Assembly: GCA_013265495.1 (NCBI GenBank)
Contig: MU058365.1
Span: 124,001 to 188,000 of the forward strand
Reading direction: 5' to 3'
Origin: Vicugna vicugna
Taxonomy: Eukaryota
Length of the DNA: 64,000 nucleotides
Below are positions 23,623 to 36,824 of the stretch, piece after piece. The position numbers and the translations under genes were made by a program. A model generated the notes under the pieces. That model worked only from the letters and a program-made list of their open reading frames with translations, did no database searches and was not told where the DNA came from. Position 1 is the stretch's first letter, and each line of letters begins with the position of its first letter.

Positions 23623-26600
23623 TTAAAAGTTACACTCCGTTTATAATTATTGTAAACTGTTGGCTATGTTCCCTGTGTTGTACAATATATCCCCGTGGCT
23701 TATTTATTTTGTATGTAGTAGGTCGTATCTCTTAATCCCCTACCCCTATTCTGTCCCTCCCCCACCACCCCTGTTGCCACTGGTAACTACTGGTTTGTTC
23801 TCTGTGTGAGTCTGCTTCTCTTTTCTCAGATTCGCTAGTTTGTTCTCTTTTTAAATTCCACATATATGTGGTATCAAGCGGTACTTGTCTTTGTCTGACT
23901 TAATGCATCTTCAGATACTTGACATTAAGTTAGAGCGGGGGTAGGATTGGCAGGTATAACGGATATGAAGCAGGATTTCATATATTATATATGAAGCTGC
24001 ACAGCGAAGAACAGGAGGAGATAAATGCCCTCCCAGTCTGCAGCAGGGCTTCTTAGGAGATGGCCAAAACGATCTTTGGAACTTCAACTCCATCACCCTC
24101 CTCAGGCCTGTCTAAGAGCAGTGAGACGGTGATGGGGTAGTGGTGGGAGTGTCAGTGGAAAAGATTCTTAAAAGGCACTTTCAGGAATAGGATGCTGAGG
24201 CTTGCCCCTCCTTCCCAGCCTCAAGCCAAGTTAAGAGGCCTCTCAGGTAAACCTCCTGGAGAGGATTGTGGTGCTTGCAAGCAGGAGAGTTGGGAGCCTG
24301 TGTGGCAGCCTGCTGAACGGAGAACCATGTCAGCCCACCCCAGCTGCCACCAAGGAGGCGTGAATAGAACCTGGCATGTTATGTGGAATTTAGGGGTCAG
24401 GAGGACCGCCATCTGCCTTCTACCTGGAGCAGTCCTTGATGTCTGGATGAGCACGAGAGACCAGCAGTTGGAGTAGCTATACTTCCACCAGCTGTGGGGC
24501 AGGTGGAGTCTACAGAAGGTAGCTGAGCTGTCTAAAGGGACCGCACCTATGAAGGAAGGAAGAATCCCAACAGAGAGCCTAGAGCTGTAGCAAGAAGTCA
24601 GCAGGAGAGGGCAGGGGCCTGCATTAGGGTGGTGTGCAGTAGAGTTAGACCCACTAACTCCTCCCACAGAAGAGCAGGCATTAGGACAAAGCCCAAAGCT
24701 ACAGAGAGCATCAGCTTAGGACAAAGACCTTTGCCCCTTGGTTCTCCCCCTACTCCACTCTGGAGTTGTCAGAAACAGCCTTGAGATCAGAGGAGTAGAA
24801 GAGCAGGGAAGAGGTTTTGATTTTAAAAGGACTGGACAGTTTATTACCCAAAAATAAGACTGCTTTGAATACCACAGAGTGACTGAAAGAGTATGGAATC
24901 TGCCTGAGGGAAAGAGAGAGCCAGCTGACAGAGTAAACTTGAGGGAGGTGGAAGGAGAAAAACTGTTTACTGACTGTATCCTACTTAGTTCAGCCCACTC
25001 AGAAGACCAAACACTATAGATTATATGAGTTCTACAACCCAAAAGATGAGTTCCAGAAGCTCAGCCCAGACTTTATTCTTTTTTTCATTACATATATATT
25101 GGTTGAACCTTGGAGTTAGAGCAGCCAAGGAAAAATGTGTGTGGCCCCGCCTTCCAGGAGTATAATCCAGTCGAGGAAACAGACATAGATTAGTAATTGA
25201 AGTCCTGAGAAGGGCAAGAGGCAAAAGGAGCACACCAGGTACATCTCAGCCTCCTTGACTAGGAGGTAAACAAGGGGAAATTCTTAGAGAAAATGATATT
25301 TAGGCCAGGCCCTTAAAAGTTGAGGTGAAAGAAGTAAAAGATAAACGTTAGAGGCAAGGGAAGATGAAAGGGATACAAAGGCCTTGAGGATAGAAAAGTG
25401 TGTGGATGACTTGAGTTGGAGACAAAGGCAAAGTGGTGGGAGAGAATGGTGTGGGGTGAAGCTGGCAAGGTAAGCTGCAGCTGGACCTGGCCTCATGCGC
25501 TGTTGGAAGGATTTTGGTAAAAGGTGCATCCATATTTAGGATTGTTATGTCTTCCTGGTAAATTGACCCTATTATCATTATGAGATGTCTCTATCTCTGG
25601 TAATACTGTCTTGAAGTCTACTTTATCTGATGTTCATATAGCCATTTTAGGCTCCTTATGCTTACTGTTTCAAGGAATATCTTTAGAGTTAAGATATGTT
25701 TTCTGTAGAGAGCACAGAGTTGGGACTTGCATCTTAAAATCTATTCTGATCCTCTCTGCCTTTTATTTGTTTAGTCTATTAACATTTAAGGTAATTATTG
25801 ATACGGGGTAATGTTAGCGTTAACATTTTATTATATTATTTGCTTTTTGTTTGTCCTGTTTTTTTCTCTTCCTTCTTTTCTGCCTTCTTTTGATTTCATT
25901 AAATACTTTTTAGAATTCAGTTTTAATGTAGCTATTGGCTCTTTAGCTCTACTTCACTGCATTAAAAGTTACACTCCGTTTATAATTATTGTAAACTGTT
26001 GGCTATGTTCCCTGTGTTGTACAATATATCCCCGTGGCTTATTTATTTTGTATGTAGTAGGTCGTATCTCTTAATCCCCTACCCCTATTCTGTCCCTCCC
26101 CCACCACCCCTGTTGCCACTGGTAACTACTGGTTTGTTCTCTGTGTGAGTCTGCTTCTCTTTTCTCAGATTCGCTAGTTTGTTCTCTTTTTAAATTCCAC
26201 ATATACGTGGTATCAAGCGGTACTTGTCTTTCTCTGTCTGACTTAATGCATCTTCAGATACTTGACATTAAGTTAGAGCGGGGGTAGGATTGGCAGGTAT
26301 AACGGATATGAAGCAGGATTTCATATATTATATATGAAGCTGCACAGCGAAGAACAGGAGGAGATAAATGCCCTCCCAGTCTGCAGCAGGGCTTCTTAGG
26401 AGATGGCCAAAACGATCTTTGGAACTTCAACTCCATCACCCTCCTCAGGCCTGTCTAAGAGCAGTGAGACGGTGATGGGGTAGTGGTGGGAGCGTCAGTG
26501 GAAAAGATTCTTAAAAGGCACTTTCAGGAATAGGATGCTGAGGCTTGCCCCTCCTTCCCAGCCTCAAGCCAAGTTAAGAGGCCTCTCAGGTAAACCTCCT

Positions 26601-28303
26601 GGAGAGGATTGTGGTGCTTGCAAGCAGGAGAGTTGGGAGCCTGTGTGGCAGCCTGCTGAACGGAGAACCATGTCAGCCCACCCCAGCTGCCACCAAGGAG
26701 GCCTGAATAGAACCTGGCATGTTATGTGGAATTTAGGGGTCAGGAGGACCGCCATCTGCCTTCTACCTGGAGCAGTCCTTGATGTCTGGAAGAGCACGAG
26801 AGACCAGCAGTTGGAGTAGCTATACTTCCACCAGCTGTGGGGCAGGTGGAGTCTACAGAAGGTAGCTGAGCTGTCTAAAGGGACCGCACCTATGAAGGAA
26901 GGAAGAATCCCAACAGAGAGCCTAGAGCTGTAGCAAGAAGTCAGCAGGAGAGGGCAGGGGCCTGCATTAGGGTGGTGTGCAGTAGAGTTAGACCCACTAA
27001 CTCCTCCCACAGAAGAGCAGGCATTAGGACAAAGCCCAAAGCTACAGAGAGCATCAGCTTAGGACAAAGACCTTTGCCCCTTGGTTCTCCCCCTACTCCA
27101 CTCTGGAGTTGTCAGAAACAGCCTTGAGATCAGAGGAGTAGAAGAGCAGGGAAGAGGTTTTGATTTTAAAAGGACTGGACAGTTTATTACCCAAAAATAA
27201 GACTGCTTTGAATACCACAGAGTGACTGAAAGAGTATGGAATCTGCCTGAGGGAAAGAGAGAGCCAGCTGACAGAGTAAACTTGAGGGAGGTGGAAGGAG
27301 AAAAACTGTTTACTGACTGTATCCTACTTAGTTCAGCCCACTCAGAAGACCAAACACTATAGATTATATGAGTTCTACAACCCAAAAGATGAGTTCCAGA
27401 AGCTCAGCCCAGACTTTATTCTTTTTTTCATTACATATATATTGGTTGAACCTTGGAGTTAGAGCAGCCAAGGAAAAATGTGTGTGGCCCCGCCTTCCAG
27501 GAGTATAATCCAGTCGAGGAAACAGACATGCATTAGTAATTGAAGTCCTGAGAAGGGCAAGAGGCAAAAGGAGCACACCAGGTACATCTCAGCCTCCTTG
27601 ACTAGGAGGTAAACAAGGGGAAATTCTTAGAGAAAATGATATTTAGGCCAGGCCCTTAAAAGTTGAGGTGAAAGAAGTAAAAGATAAACGTTAGAGGCAA
27701 GGGAAGATGAAAGGGATACAAAGGCCTTGAGGATAGAAAAGTGTGTGGATGACTTGAGTTGGAGACAAAGGCAAAGTGGTGGGAGAGAATGGTGTGGGGT
27801 GAAGCTGGCAAGGTAAGCTGCAGCTGGACCTGGCCTCATGCGCTGTTGGAAGGATTTTGGTAAAAGGTGCATCCATATTTAGGATTGTTATGTCTTCCTG
27901 GTAAATTGACCCTATTATCATTATGAGATGTCTCTATCTCTGGTAATACTGTCTTGAAGTCTACTTTATCTGATGTTCATATAGCCATTTTAGGCTCCTT
28001 ATGCTTACTGTTTCAAGGAATATCTTTAGAGTTAAGATATGTTTTCTGTAGAGAGCACAGAGTTGGGACTTGCATCTTAAAATCTATTCTGATCCTCTCT
28101 GCCTTTTATTTGTTTAGTCTATTAACATTTAAGGTAATTATTGATACGGGGTAATGTTAGCGTTAACATTTTATTATATTATTTGCTTTTTGTTTGTCCT
28201 GTTTTTTTCTCTTCCTTCTTTTCTGCCTTCTTTTGATTTCATTAAATACTTTTTAGAATTCAGTTTTAATGTAGCTATTGGCTCTTTAGCTCTACTTCAC
28301 TGC
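23623..28303. repeat. Tandem duplication of ~2.34 kb (23623-25960 / 25962-28303)
   Basis: Near-identical copies with a handful of SNPs and one 4-bp indel; ORF pairs offset by 2343. Confidence 0.95.
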
Positions 28304-29260
28304 GTAATTTTTTTGTTGGCCGTTCCAGTGACTGCAATATACGTCTTTAATTTTTTGTTCTCCTTAGAGTTAATAGTATATCATGTCACATAATATATAC
28401 AACTATACAGGCTCAGTTCTCTCCTTCCCCTGTCCTTTATATTAAAGATGCTGTAAGTATTACATCTGTTTAAGTTATGAATCCTGCAACACAATTTTAT
28501 AGTTTTTACTTTAAAGAGAATATATTTTAAAGAAACTAAGAGGAAAAACTAGTTTTTTCTATTTAGCTACATATTTACTATTTCTGGTGCTCTTCATTCT
28601 TTCCAGAAGGCCTGAGTTTCCTTCTTCAGCCTGAAGAATCTCCTTTGACATTTCTGGTACTGCGGGTCTTCTGGTAACAGATTTTCTTAGTTTTCTAAAC
28701 ATGTCTTCGTTTCACTGTGATTCTTGAAGGATATTGTCACTAGATATAAAACTCTAGGTTGAATGTCTTTTCACTTCAGCCACTGTCTTTTGGCCTCTAT
28801 AGTTTCTGATAAGAAACCAAGCGTCATTTGAACCATTGTTCACCCGTGTACAGTGGATTGTTTTCCTCTGGTCTCCTTCAAGAGTTTCTCTTTATTTTTG
28901 GCTACCAGTGGTTTGAAGACTCCGAAGTGCCTAGGTGTGGTTTTCCGTGTATTTATCCTGCCTGGGGTATGCTGATCTTGTATATGGAAATTACTATCTT
29001 TTACCAAATTCGGGGACTTTTCCACCATTATTTATTCACATACTCTTTCTGTTTTGTTATCTCCTTGCCTTCTGGAAATCCACTTACATTTATGTCAGAC
29101 TTTTTGATACTGCCCCACAGCCCCCAAAGCTCTGTTGATTTTCTTTTTCAATCTTTAATCACTTTGTCCTTCTGATGGGATAATTTCTCTTGATCTTTTG
29201 TCAAGTTTGTGACTCTTCCTCTGTCATCTCTAATCTGCTCTTAACTTTTGCATTTTCAAT
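27870..29260 (-). mobile_element. Ancient LINE-1 fragment including an ORF1 remnant
   Basis: Minus-strand translation PGRINTRKTTPRH..KNKEKLLKETRGK resembles L1 ORF1p. Confidence 0.7.
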
Positions 29261-29790
29261 AATTGCTAGAATGACTCACAGAATTCAAAACATTTTTCTT
29301 ACTATTACTGGTTTATTACAGAGAACACAATTCAGCAACAGTCAAATGAAAGAGATACATGGGTAAGGCATGGTGTGTGTGGGGTGCTGGGAGCTTCCAT
29401 GCCCTCTTCTGGTACCACCCTCCCAGCTCTTCTATATGTTTACCAACCCAGAAGCTCTCCAAGCCCTACCAGTTAGGGTTTTTTATGGAAATTTCATAAT
29501 TTAGGCATGATTGATTAAATCTTTGGCCATTGGTGATTGATCTCAATCTCCAGCCCCTCTCTCCAGCCGAGGTGGGGCAGGGTTTGAGCTGAATGGAGAT
29601 GGCAGAGCTGAAAGCCCCAATCCTCTAATCATGAGTTAGTCTTGGTCTCTCTGGTGACCAGCCCCCATCCTGAAGCTATCTAGGAACCCCTCAGCCAGAA
29701 GTTCTGTCAAGAGCATACCAAAGACACTTATTCATATCACTCAGGAAATAGCAAGGGTTTTAGGACCTCTTGTGCCAGGTACCTGGGAAT
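29260..29790 (-). mobile_element. MER21-like LTR
   Basis: GCTAGAATGACTCACAGAA...GGCATGATTGATTAAATCTTTGGCCATTGGTGATTGA resembles the MER21 family. Confidence 0.6.
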
Positions 29791-31649
29791 AGACGTCTAT
29801 TTCTAAATGGTTGCTCTGGCTGCAGAAGGCTATGAGGTATGTGAGGAGATGGAGGGAAGAGTAGGGTGACTTGTTTTGGGTTTGAGCAAGTGGGTTGACT
29901 GTGGTATCATTGAAGAGGAAAAGGTCTAGGAAAAATAGGTTTGGGAGTTATTGAAAGTCAGTTTGGGTAGGGTGAGTTTGAGACACCTGTGATTCAGCTA
30001 AATGAAGTGTCAAAGAGAAGCTGGATATATGAGGCAGCAGCTCAGAAGAGGTCTGAGTGCACTTCCATGTTTTGAAATCAAGGATGATCAAGAGAAGAGG
30101 GCCAAGAACACTGCTGGCAGGGACGTCACTCTTACAAAGAGGCTGCCGTTGTTGGGGCAGGAGTGGAGAAAAAAGGAGGGGAAAACCAAGTGATTTCCAA
30201 CAGTTAATGTCAGTATCTGGAGTGAGGGAAAGAACAATACATTCATTGATTCATCATTTATTCAGTTAGTCTGCATTTACTGGGTAGGCAAGGGGCTGGA
30301 AATACAATATTAATATGATTTCATTTCTGTTTTTAGAGCCTCACATTTGAGTAGAGGGAGATAATGTGTTTAGACCACAGAGAGCTTTGTAGAAGCACAT
30401 TCAAGGATAATTAGGGACACAAAACACATAGTGGTCACTGCGGGCTGGGAAGGTCAGAGAAGGCATCCAGAAGAGATGACATGAACCGAGTCTTTGAATG
30501 TGCTGGAGTGATAATCAGACCCATATGCAGTTGGAGAATCTGCTCCTAGGAGGCGAAACGATGGCATGGATGGTGAGGGGTCCCCAGAAAGGTTGGAGGA
30601 ACACAGAATGGAAAAGTCTTAGATTCAGAAGGGCTCAGATCAGAGACGAGGGCCCTTGGGTGAAAGGGAGTGGAAATCACCTTCTAGCTTCAAGACATAA
30701 GCAACTGCTCTGACACCAAGGAGATGTGTCCCAGACCTGGCCAGATTGCCCCAACACTGTCCCTTTCTCTGAAGGAATTGAAGTCAGAGCTTTTGGCTAT
30801 CTCCAAGGAGGTTGTGTTCGAAGTGGTTAGATGAGATGACCCTGATGGTCACGTTGGTCACCTTAACTACGATGCAGTAAAAAAAAAAAATGTGTTTGGT
30901 TCAGAAAACCATGTGGACGTCCACGTGTGGCACTGTGCTTTCTGGCACGCTGGAAGACGTGGGGCAGAAGCACTTTAACCACAGGAAGTGACTGAAAAGT
31001 CATACACCATCTTATATAAAGCGTGTTCTTTAGGAGAAGCTGGGACTAACTTTTGCCACAAGCGTAGGCTTCCTCTTGAGATTTGGAAGCCAGGCAGATC
31101 AGTCATTCAAGACTGAACCTTGAAGGATAGTGTATTTAGTGCTTTCTTAGAGAAATGACCTTGATTGGGGCCTCGACCTCTGGAGAAAGGCAGTTTAGCT
31201 TCCAGAAAGAACCCGGACTTGATTTAGTGCCAGAGGTACCTAGGTACCTACTCTGTGTGGTGCCCTCAGCTGTGTGACAGATACTGTAGCCAGCATCCGT
31301 AAGAATGGGGGCACAGTCACCCCCTTCTCCTTCAGTTGTTTAGGGGATGAAGGGAGACAGCGGGTTAAGATGCCTTCACGGAGAAGGCACTCACAGACCA
31401 CCATGGTTACGTCTGTCGTTACGCGAGATCAGAAGTATACACCAGTTCTTTGTCTGTCTGTCTGTCTGTCTGTCTTTTCTCCTTCTCCCCCCACGTCTCC
31501 TTCAGGCCAAGGCAACGTGGTCTCTCCAAGTAGGCATATTCCTGTAGCAGGCGAGAGGCAGTCCACACGGACCAGTGTGGAGAACAGCGTTTCCGTAGCC
31601 TGCGGAGGGGCGAGGCGACCCCACTTGGACCCAGGTGGCGCCGGGCGCG

Positions 31650-31885
31650 GTGGGCGGGGTATTAGGAGTCTTGTGTAGGAGTCCGATGCGCGCGGCGTGT
31701 GATTGGCTGCTAGGAAGCCATATGTTAATGAGGCCTGTTGCTGGTTTTGCAGTCTTTGTGGAAGATTTACGGGCGAAAGTGGTGCTTGAACTTCGGCATT
31801 TCACCTAATACTTATAAGATACAAAGTAAAAAATGTTTCCGAGACGACGAGTGACGTGACAGAATGTCGCCATCAGTGTAAAGTG
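31650..31885 (+). promoter_or_regulatory. U3 copy A promoter in CpG-rich DNA
   Basis: GC box GGGCGGGG ~31652, inverted CCAAT (ATTGG 31702), octamer variant ATGTTAAT 31722-31729, PSE TCGCCATCAGTGTAAAGTG 31867-31885 (-61). Confidence 0.85.
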
Positions 31886-31927
31886 CGCGGCTGCCACGGA
31901 GCCGTCAGAGGCTTCGCGGTCAAGGTT

Positions 31928-32142
31928 AAGACTATACTTTCAGGGATCATTTCTATAGTTCGTTACTAGAGAAGTTTCTCTGAACGTGTAGAGCACCCGA
32001 AACCACGAGGAGGAGGCGCAGCGTTCTCTCCTGAGCGTGAAGCTGGCTTTTGGTGTCGCTTGTGTGACCGCCATTTGCTATTGATGATCGTTCTTCTCTT
32101 CCTTCGGGGAGAGTAAGAGGGAGAGAACGCCGTCTGAGTGGC
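31928..32142 (+). ncRNA. SNORD3: U3 snoRNA copy A
   Basis: AAGACTATACTTTCAGGGATCATTTCTATAG (GAC/A'/A boxes), box C' GAGGAGGA, box B GAGCGTGAAG, box C TGATGA, box D CTGA. Confidence 0.97.
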
Positions 32143-32669
32143 TTCGTTTATAATCTTGTTCCACCGAAAAATTAGAAGCTATTGATTTAGTACTCTTAGT
32201 AAAGAGTTGTGTTTTCCTGTTTGCTGTTGTGGTGTCAGCAGGTTGTTGGTTTTTTTTTTTCTTTTTGGTCTGTATCTGAGGTTTGCGGAGACTAAACCTA
32301 GAAGTGGTTAACTGGGGAAAGAGAGGTACTGGCTTTGCTGTTCTTTTGATTTGATTGATACTCTTTTTTGAAATTCTTAAGGGTTGTCGGTTTTTTTTTC
32401 TGTGTTATGTAAGGGCAGCGTTCTTTCTCCTTTTAGTAGTGCTTAAGTTAATAAAGTTATTTTTTTTCTATCTGTTTTGCACTCAATGTTTTCTCAGTTT
32501 TTTTTAGTCAATTGTTGGGTCTCCTATGTTAATCCTAGAAATCCGCTGGGTTTAACTCATATCGTTTCTTTAATTAATTTGTATTGCTGTGGGATATTTA
32601 CTTCACTGTGTTTTTTTTTTTTTAATGCTTTTGGTTATGAATGTTTTACTTTCCAAGAGAGATGTTCTT

Positions 32670-34762
32670 TTTTTAAGTTGAGTTATGATTGACACACTAC
32701 CAGGTGTAGGCATAATTATTCCATCCTTTTGTACGTATTGCAAAATGATCACAATAAGTCTGGTGTAACCGTCACCCTATATAGTTATACAAATTTTTTT
32801 CTTATAACTATAGTTTTTAAGATTTATTCTCTTACCAACTTTCAAATATGCAACACAGTGTTACTAACTATAGTCTCCATGCTGTACGTTACATCCCAAT
32901 GACTTTTTTTATAACTGAAGTTTGTACCTTTTGACTTTCTTCACCCATCTTTCCCCCATCTCCACCCTCGCTCACACCTCTAGTGAACATGGGGGTGTAT
33001 GTATCTTTTCAAGTTAGTATTTTTCATTTCTTTGGATAAATACCTAGACAGAATTACTGAAGCATTTGGTAGTTCAGCACCAATTTACATTTACACCAGC
33101 AATGCACAAGGGTTCCCTTTTCTCCACATCGCCAAATGTCTTTTTGATAATAGCCATTCTAACAGATATGAGGTGATGTGATATCTGTTTGTGGTTTTGA
33201 TTTGCATTTCCCTGATGATTAGTGATTTAGCATCTTTTCATGTGCGTGTTGGCCATCTGTGTACATTCTTTAGAAAAAAAAAGTCTAATCAGATCCTTTG
33301 GCCATCTTTTTATTGGATTTTTGGGGTTGTTTTGTTTTGAGTAAAGGTAGATTTATTTAGAGAGATACATATTGCATAGAGTGTAAGGCAAGAGAAAGGC
33401 CATGAGGTGTGGGGAGGCCACGAGGTGTGAGGTTGCATGCTCAGGTTAGAGTAACCTTAGGTACACACTCCATAGACAAGAGTGTGGGCTGTCTCCGAAG
33501 AGGAGAGAGCTAGAGAGGCGGCCTGGGTTTTGTTTTGTTTTGTTTTGTTTTGTTTTGCTATTCTGGTATATGAGTTCTTGATATATTGGATACTAATCCC
33601 TCATCAGATACATAATTTGCAAGTAGTTTTTCCTATTCAGTCAGTTGCCTTTTCATTTCTTAATGGTTTCTTTTGCTGTGCAGAAGCTTTTTAGTGTGAT
33701 GTAGTCCCACTTGATTATTTTTGCATTTTTGTTGCCTATGCTTTTCGTGTCAAATCCAAAAAAATCAACACCAAGACCAGTGCCTAGGAGCTTACCATCT
33801 ATGTGTTCTAGGAGTTTTATGATTTTAGGCCTTTCATTCAAGTTTTTAATCCATTTTGAGTTAATTTTTGTGTATGGTGTAAGATACTGGTCCAGTTTCA
33901 TTCTTTGGCAAAGTCCAATCTTCCCAGTATCATTTATAGAAGAGACTTTACTTTCCCCATTGTATATTGTTGACTCCACTGTCTTAAATTAATTGACCGA
34001 AAATTCATGGGCTTATTTCTGGGCTCTCTCTTGTACTCCATTGATCTATATGTCTGTTTTCTTGCCAGTACCATACTGTTTTTATTACTATAGCTTTGAA
34101 ATATAGTTTGAAGTCAGGGAATGTTGTGTCTGCAGCTTTCTTTTCTTTCTCAAGATTGCTTTGACTCTTTGTGGTCTTTTGTGGTTCCAGTAAAATTTTA
34201 GAATTTTGTTCTATTTCTGTGAAAAATGCCATTGGAATTTTGATGGATACTCCATTGAATCTTATATTGCTTTGGGTAGTATGGACATTTTGACAATAAT
34301 AGTTGTTCCAATCTAGGAGCACAGAATATCTTTCCATTTATTTCTGTCTTCAGCAGTTTCTTTAATCAGTGCCATAGTTTTCAGTATACAGGTGTTTCAC
34401 CTCCTTGGTTAACTTTTTCCTAGTTTTTTTTTTTTTAATTTCTGATGCAATTGTAAGTGGGATTATTTTCTTAATTTCTCTTTAGTTCGTGATTAGCGTA
34501 TAGAAATGCAACAGATTTCTGTATATTGATACTGTATCCTGTAACTGTACTGAATTCAATTATTAGTTCTAACAGTTTTTTGGTGGAGTCTTTAGGATTT
34601 TCTGTATATAGTATCTTGTCATCTGGAAACAATGACAGTCTTACTTCTTCCTTTTCAATTTGGATGCCTTTTATTTCTTTTTCTTGCCTAACTGCTCTGG
34701 CTAGGACTTCCATTACTATATTGGATAAAAGTGGCAAAAGTGAGCATCCCTGTCTTGTTCCT
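32670..34762 (-). mobile_element. LINE-1 ORF2 3' part and 3'UTR (repeated at ~38050-39821)
   Basis: Minus-strand translations LDQYLTPYTKINSKWIKNLN and [28 protein letters not shown] match L1 ORF2p. Confidence 0.92.
33339..33524 (-). mobile_element. LTR R-region-only insert within the L1 (second copy 38719-38904)
   Basis: Matches part of the LTR family at 11106-11587 and 16453-17053; ends shortly after minus-strand AATAAA; flanked by GGGTT(G)TTTTGTTTT-like direct repeats. Confidence 0.65.
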
Positions 34763-36329
34763 AAGTATTTGTTCTTATCAGTTATACTTTTTCAGGGCAT
34801 TCTATTCTTGAATTTAAGAGATTTTTTTTTTCTGAGGTTGCTATACTTTTTGATATTTCCTTCTAGTTTTCCTCCTCCCTCCCACCCCTCTCCCTATTTG
34901 CTTATTTGCTCGCTCTCTCTCACTGAGGGCTTTCCTGAAGTTTTAGGTTGTATTCTCCACAGGATAAGGGGCTAGAGATAACAAAGATAAATATGATCTG
35001 GTTCCAGCTTTTAAAGACTTCGCAGTTGAGTAGGGGGAGATAATGTATTTAGACCACAGAGAGCTTTGTAGAAGCACATTCAAGGATAATTAGGGACACA
35101 AAACACATAGTGGTCACTGCGGGCTGGGAAGGTCAGAGAAGGCATCCAGAAGAGATGACATGAACCGAGTCTTTGAATGTGCTGGAGTGATAATCAGACC
35201 CATATGCAGTTGGAGAATCTGCTCCTAGGAGGCGAAACGATGGCATGGATGGTGAGGGGTCCCCAGAAAGGTTGGAGGAACACAGAATGGAAAAGTCTTA
35301 GATTCAGAAGGGCTCAGATCAGAGACGAGGGCCCTTGGGTGAAAGGGAGTGGAAATCACCTTCTAGCTTCAAGACATAAGCAACTGCTCTGACACCAAGG
35401 AGATGTGTCCCAGACCTGGCCAGATTGCCCCAACACTGTCCCTTTCTCTGAAGGAATTGAAGTCAGAGCTTTTGGCTATCTCCAAGGAGGTTGTGTTCGA
35501 AGTGGTTAGATGAGATGACCCTGATGGTCACGTTGGTCACCTTAACTACGATGCAGTAAAAAAAAAAAATGTGTTTGGTTCAGAAAACCATGTGGACGTC
35601 CACGTGTGGCACTGTGCTTTCTGGCACGCTGGAAGACGTGGGGCAGAAGCACTTTAACCACAGGAAGTGACTGAAAAGTCATACACCATCTTATATAAAG
35701 CGTGTTCTTTAGGAGAAGCTGGGACTAACTTTTGCCACAAGCGTAGGCTTCCTCTTGAGATTTGGAAGCCAGGCAGATCAGTCATTCAAGACTGAACCTT
35801 GAAGGATAGTGTATTTAGTGCTTTCTTAGAGAAATGACCTTGATTGGGGCCTCGACCTCTGGAGAAAGGCAGTTTAGCTTCCAGAAAGAACCCGGACTTG
35901 ATTTAGTGCCAGAGGTACCTAGGTACCTACTCTGTGTGGTGCCCTCAGCTGTGTGACAGATACTGTAGCCAGCATCCGTAAGAATGGGGGCACAGTCACC
36001 CCCTTCTCCTTCAGTTGTTTAGGGGATGAAGGGAGACAGCGGGTTAAGATGCCTTCACGGAGAAGGCACTCACAGACCACCATGGTTACGTCTGTCGTTA
36101 CGCGAGATCAGAAGTATACACCAGTTCTTTGTCTGTCTGTCTGTCTGTCTGTCTTTTCTCCTTCTCCCCCCACGTCTCCTTCAGGCCAAGGCAACGTGGT
36201 CTCTCCAAGTAGGCATATTCCTGTAGCAGGCGAGAGGCAGTCCACACGGACCAGTGTGGAGAACAGCGTTTCCGTAGCCTGCGGAGGGGCGAGGCGACCC
36301 CACTTGGACCCAGGTGGCGCCGGGCGCGG

Positions 36330-36564
36330 TGGGCGGGGTATTAGGAGTCTTGTGTAGGAGTCCGATGCGCGCGGCGTGTGATTGGCTGCTAGGAAGCCAT
36401 ATGTTAATGAGGCCTGTTGCTGGTTTTGCAGTCTTTGTGGAAGATTTACGGGCGAAAGTGGTGCTTGAACTTCGGCATTTCACCTAATACTTATAAGATA
36501 CAAAGTAAAAAATGTTTCCGAGACGACGAGTGACGTGACAGAATGTCGCCATCAGTGTAAAGTG
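36330..36564 (+). promoter_or_regulatory. U3 copy B promoter
   Basis: Same elements as copy A at offset 4679: ATTGG 36381, ATGTTAAT 36401-36408, PSE 36546-36564. Confidence 0.85.
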
Positions 36565-36606
36565 CGCGGCTGCCACGGAGCCGTCAGAGGCTTCGCGGTC
36601 AAGGTT

Positions 36607-36824
36607 AAGACTATACTTTCAGGGATCATTTCTATAGTTCGTTACTAGAGAAGTTTCTCTGAACGTGTAGAGCACCCGAAACCACGAGGAGGAGGCGCAG
36701 CGTTCTCTCCTGAGCGTGAAGCTGGCTTTTGGTGTCGCTTGTGTGACCGCCATTTGCTATTGATGATCGTTCTTCTCTTCCTTCGGGGAGAGTAAGAGGG
36801 AGAGAACGCCGTCTGATGAGTGGC
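36607..36824 (+). ncRNA. SNORD3: U3 snoRNA copy B (3-nt TGA insertion at box D)
   Basis: Identical to copy A up to GTCTGA, then TGAGTGG. Confidence 0.93.

Noticed and set aside
24192..27010. Paired 94-148 aa ORFs
   Set aside because: They come from the 2.34-kb tandem duplication of intronic, repeat-derived DNA; no recognisable protein
31234..31249. 16-bp palindrome AGGTACCTAGGTACCT
   Set aside because: Explained by duplication of an 8-bp palindrome; it lies in the segment deleted upstream of U3-C and has no supporting context
31274..31804. 134-aa and 100-aa ORFs upstream of U3 copies
   Set aside because: GC-rich promoter sequence with few stop codons; no homology recognised
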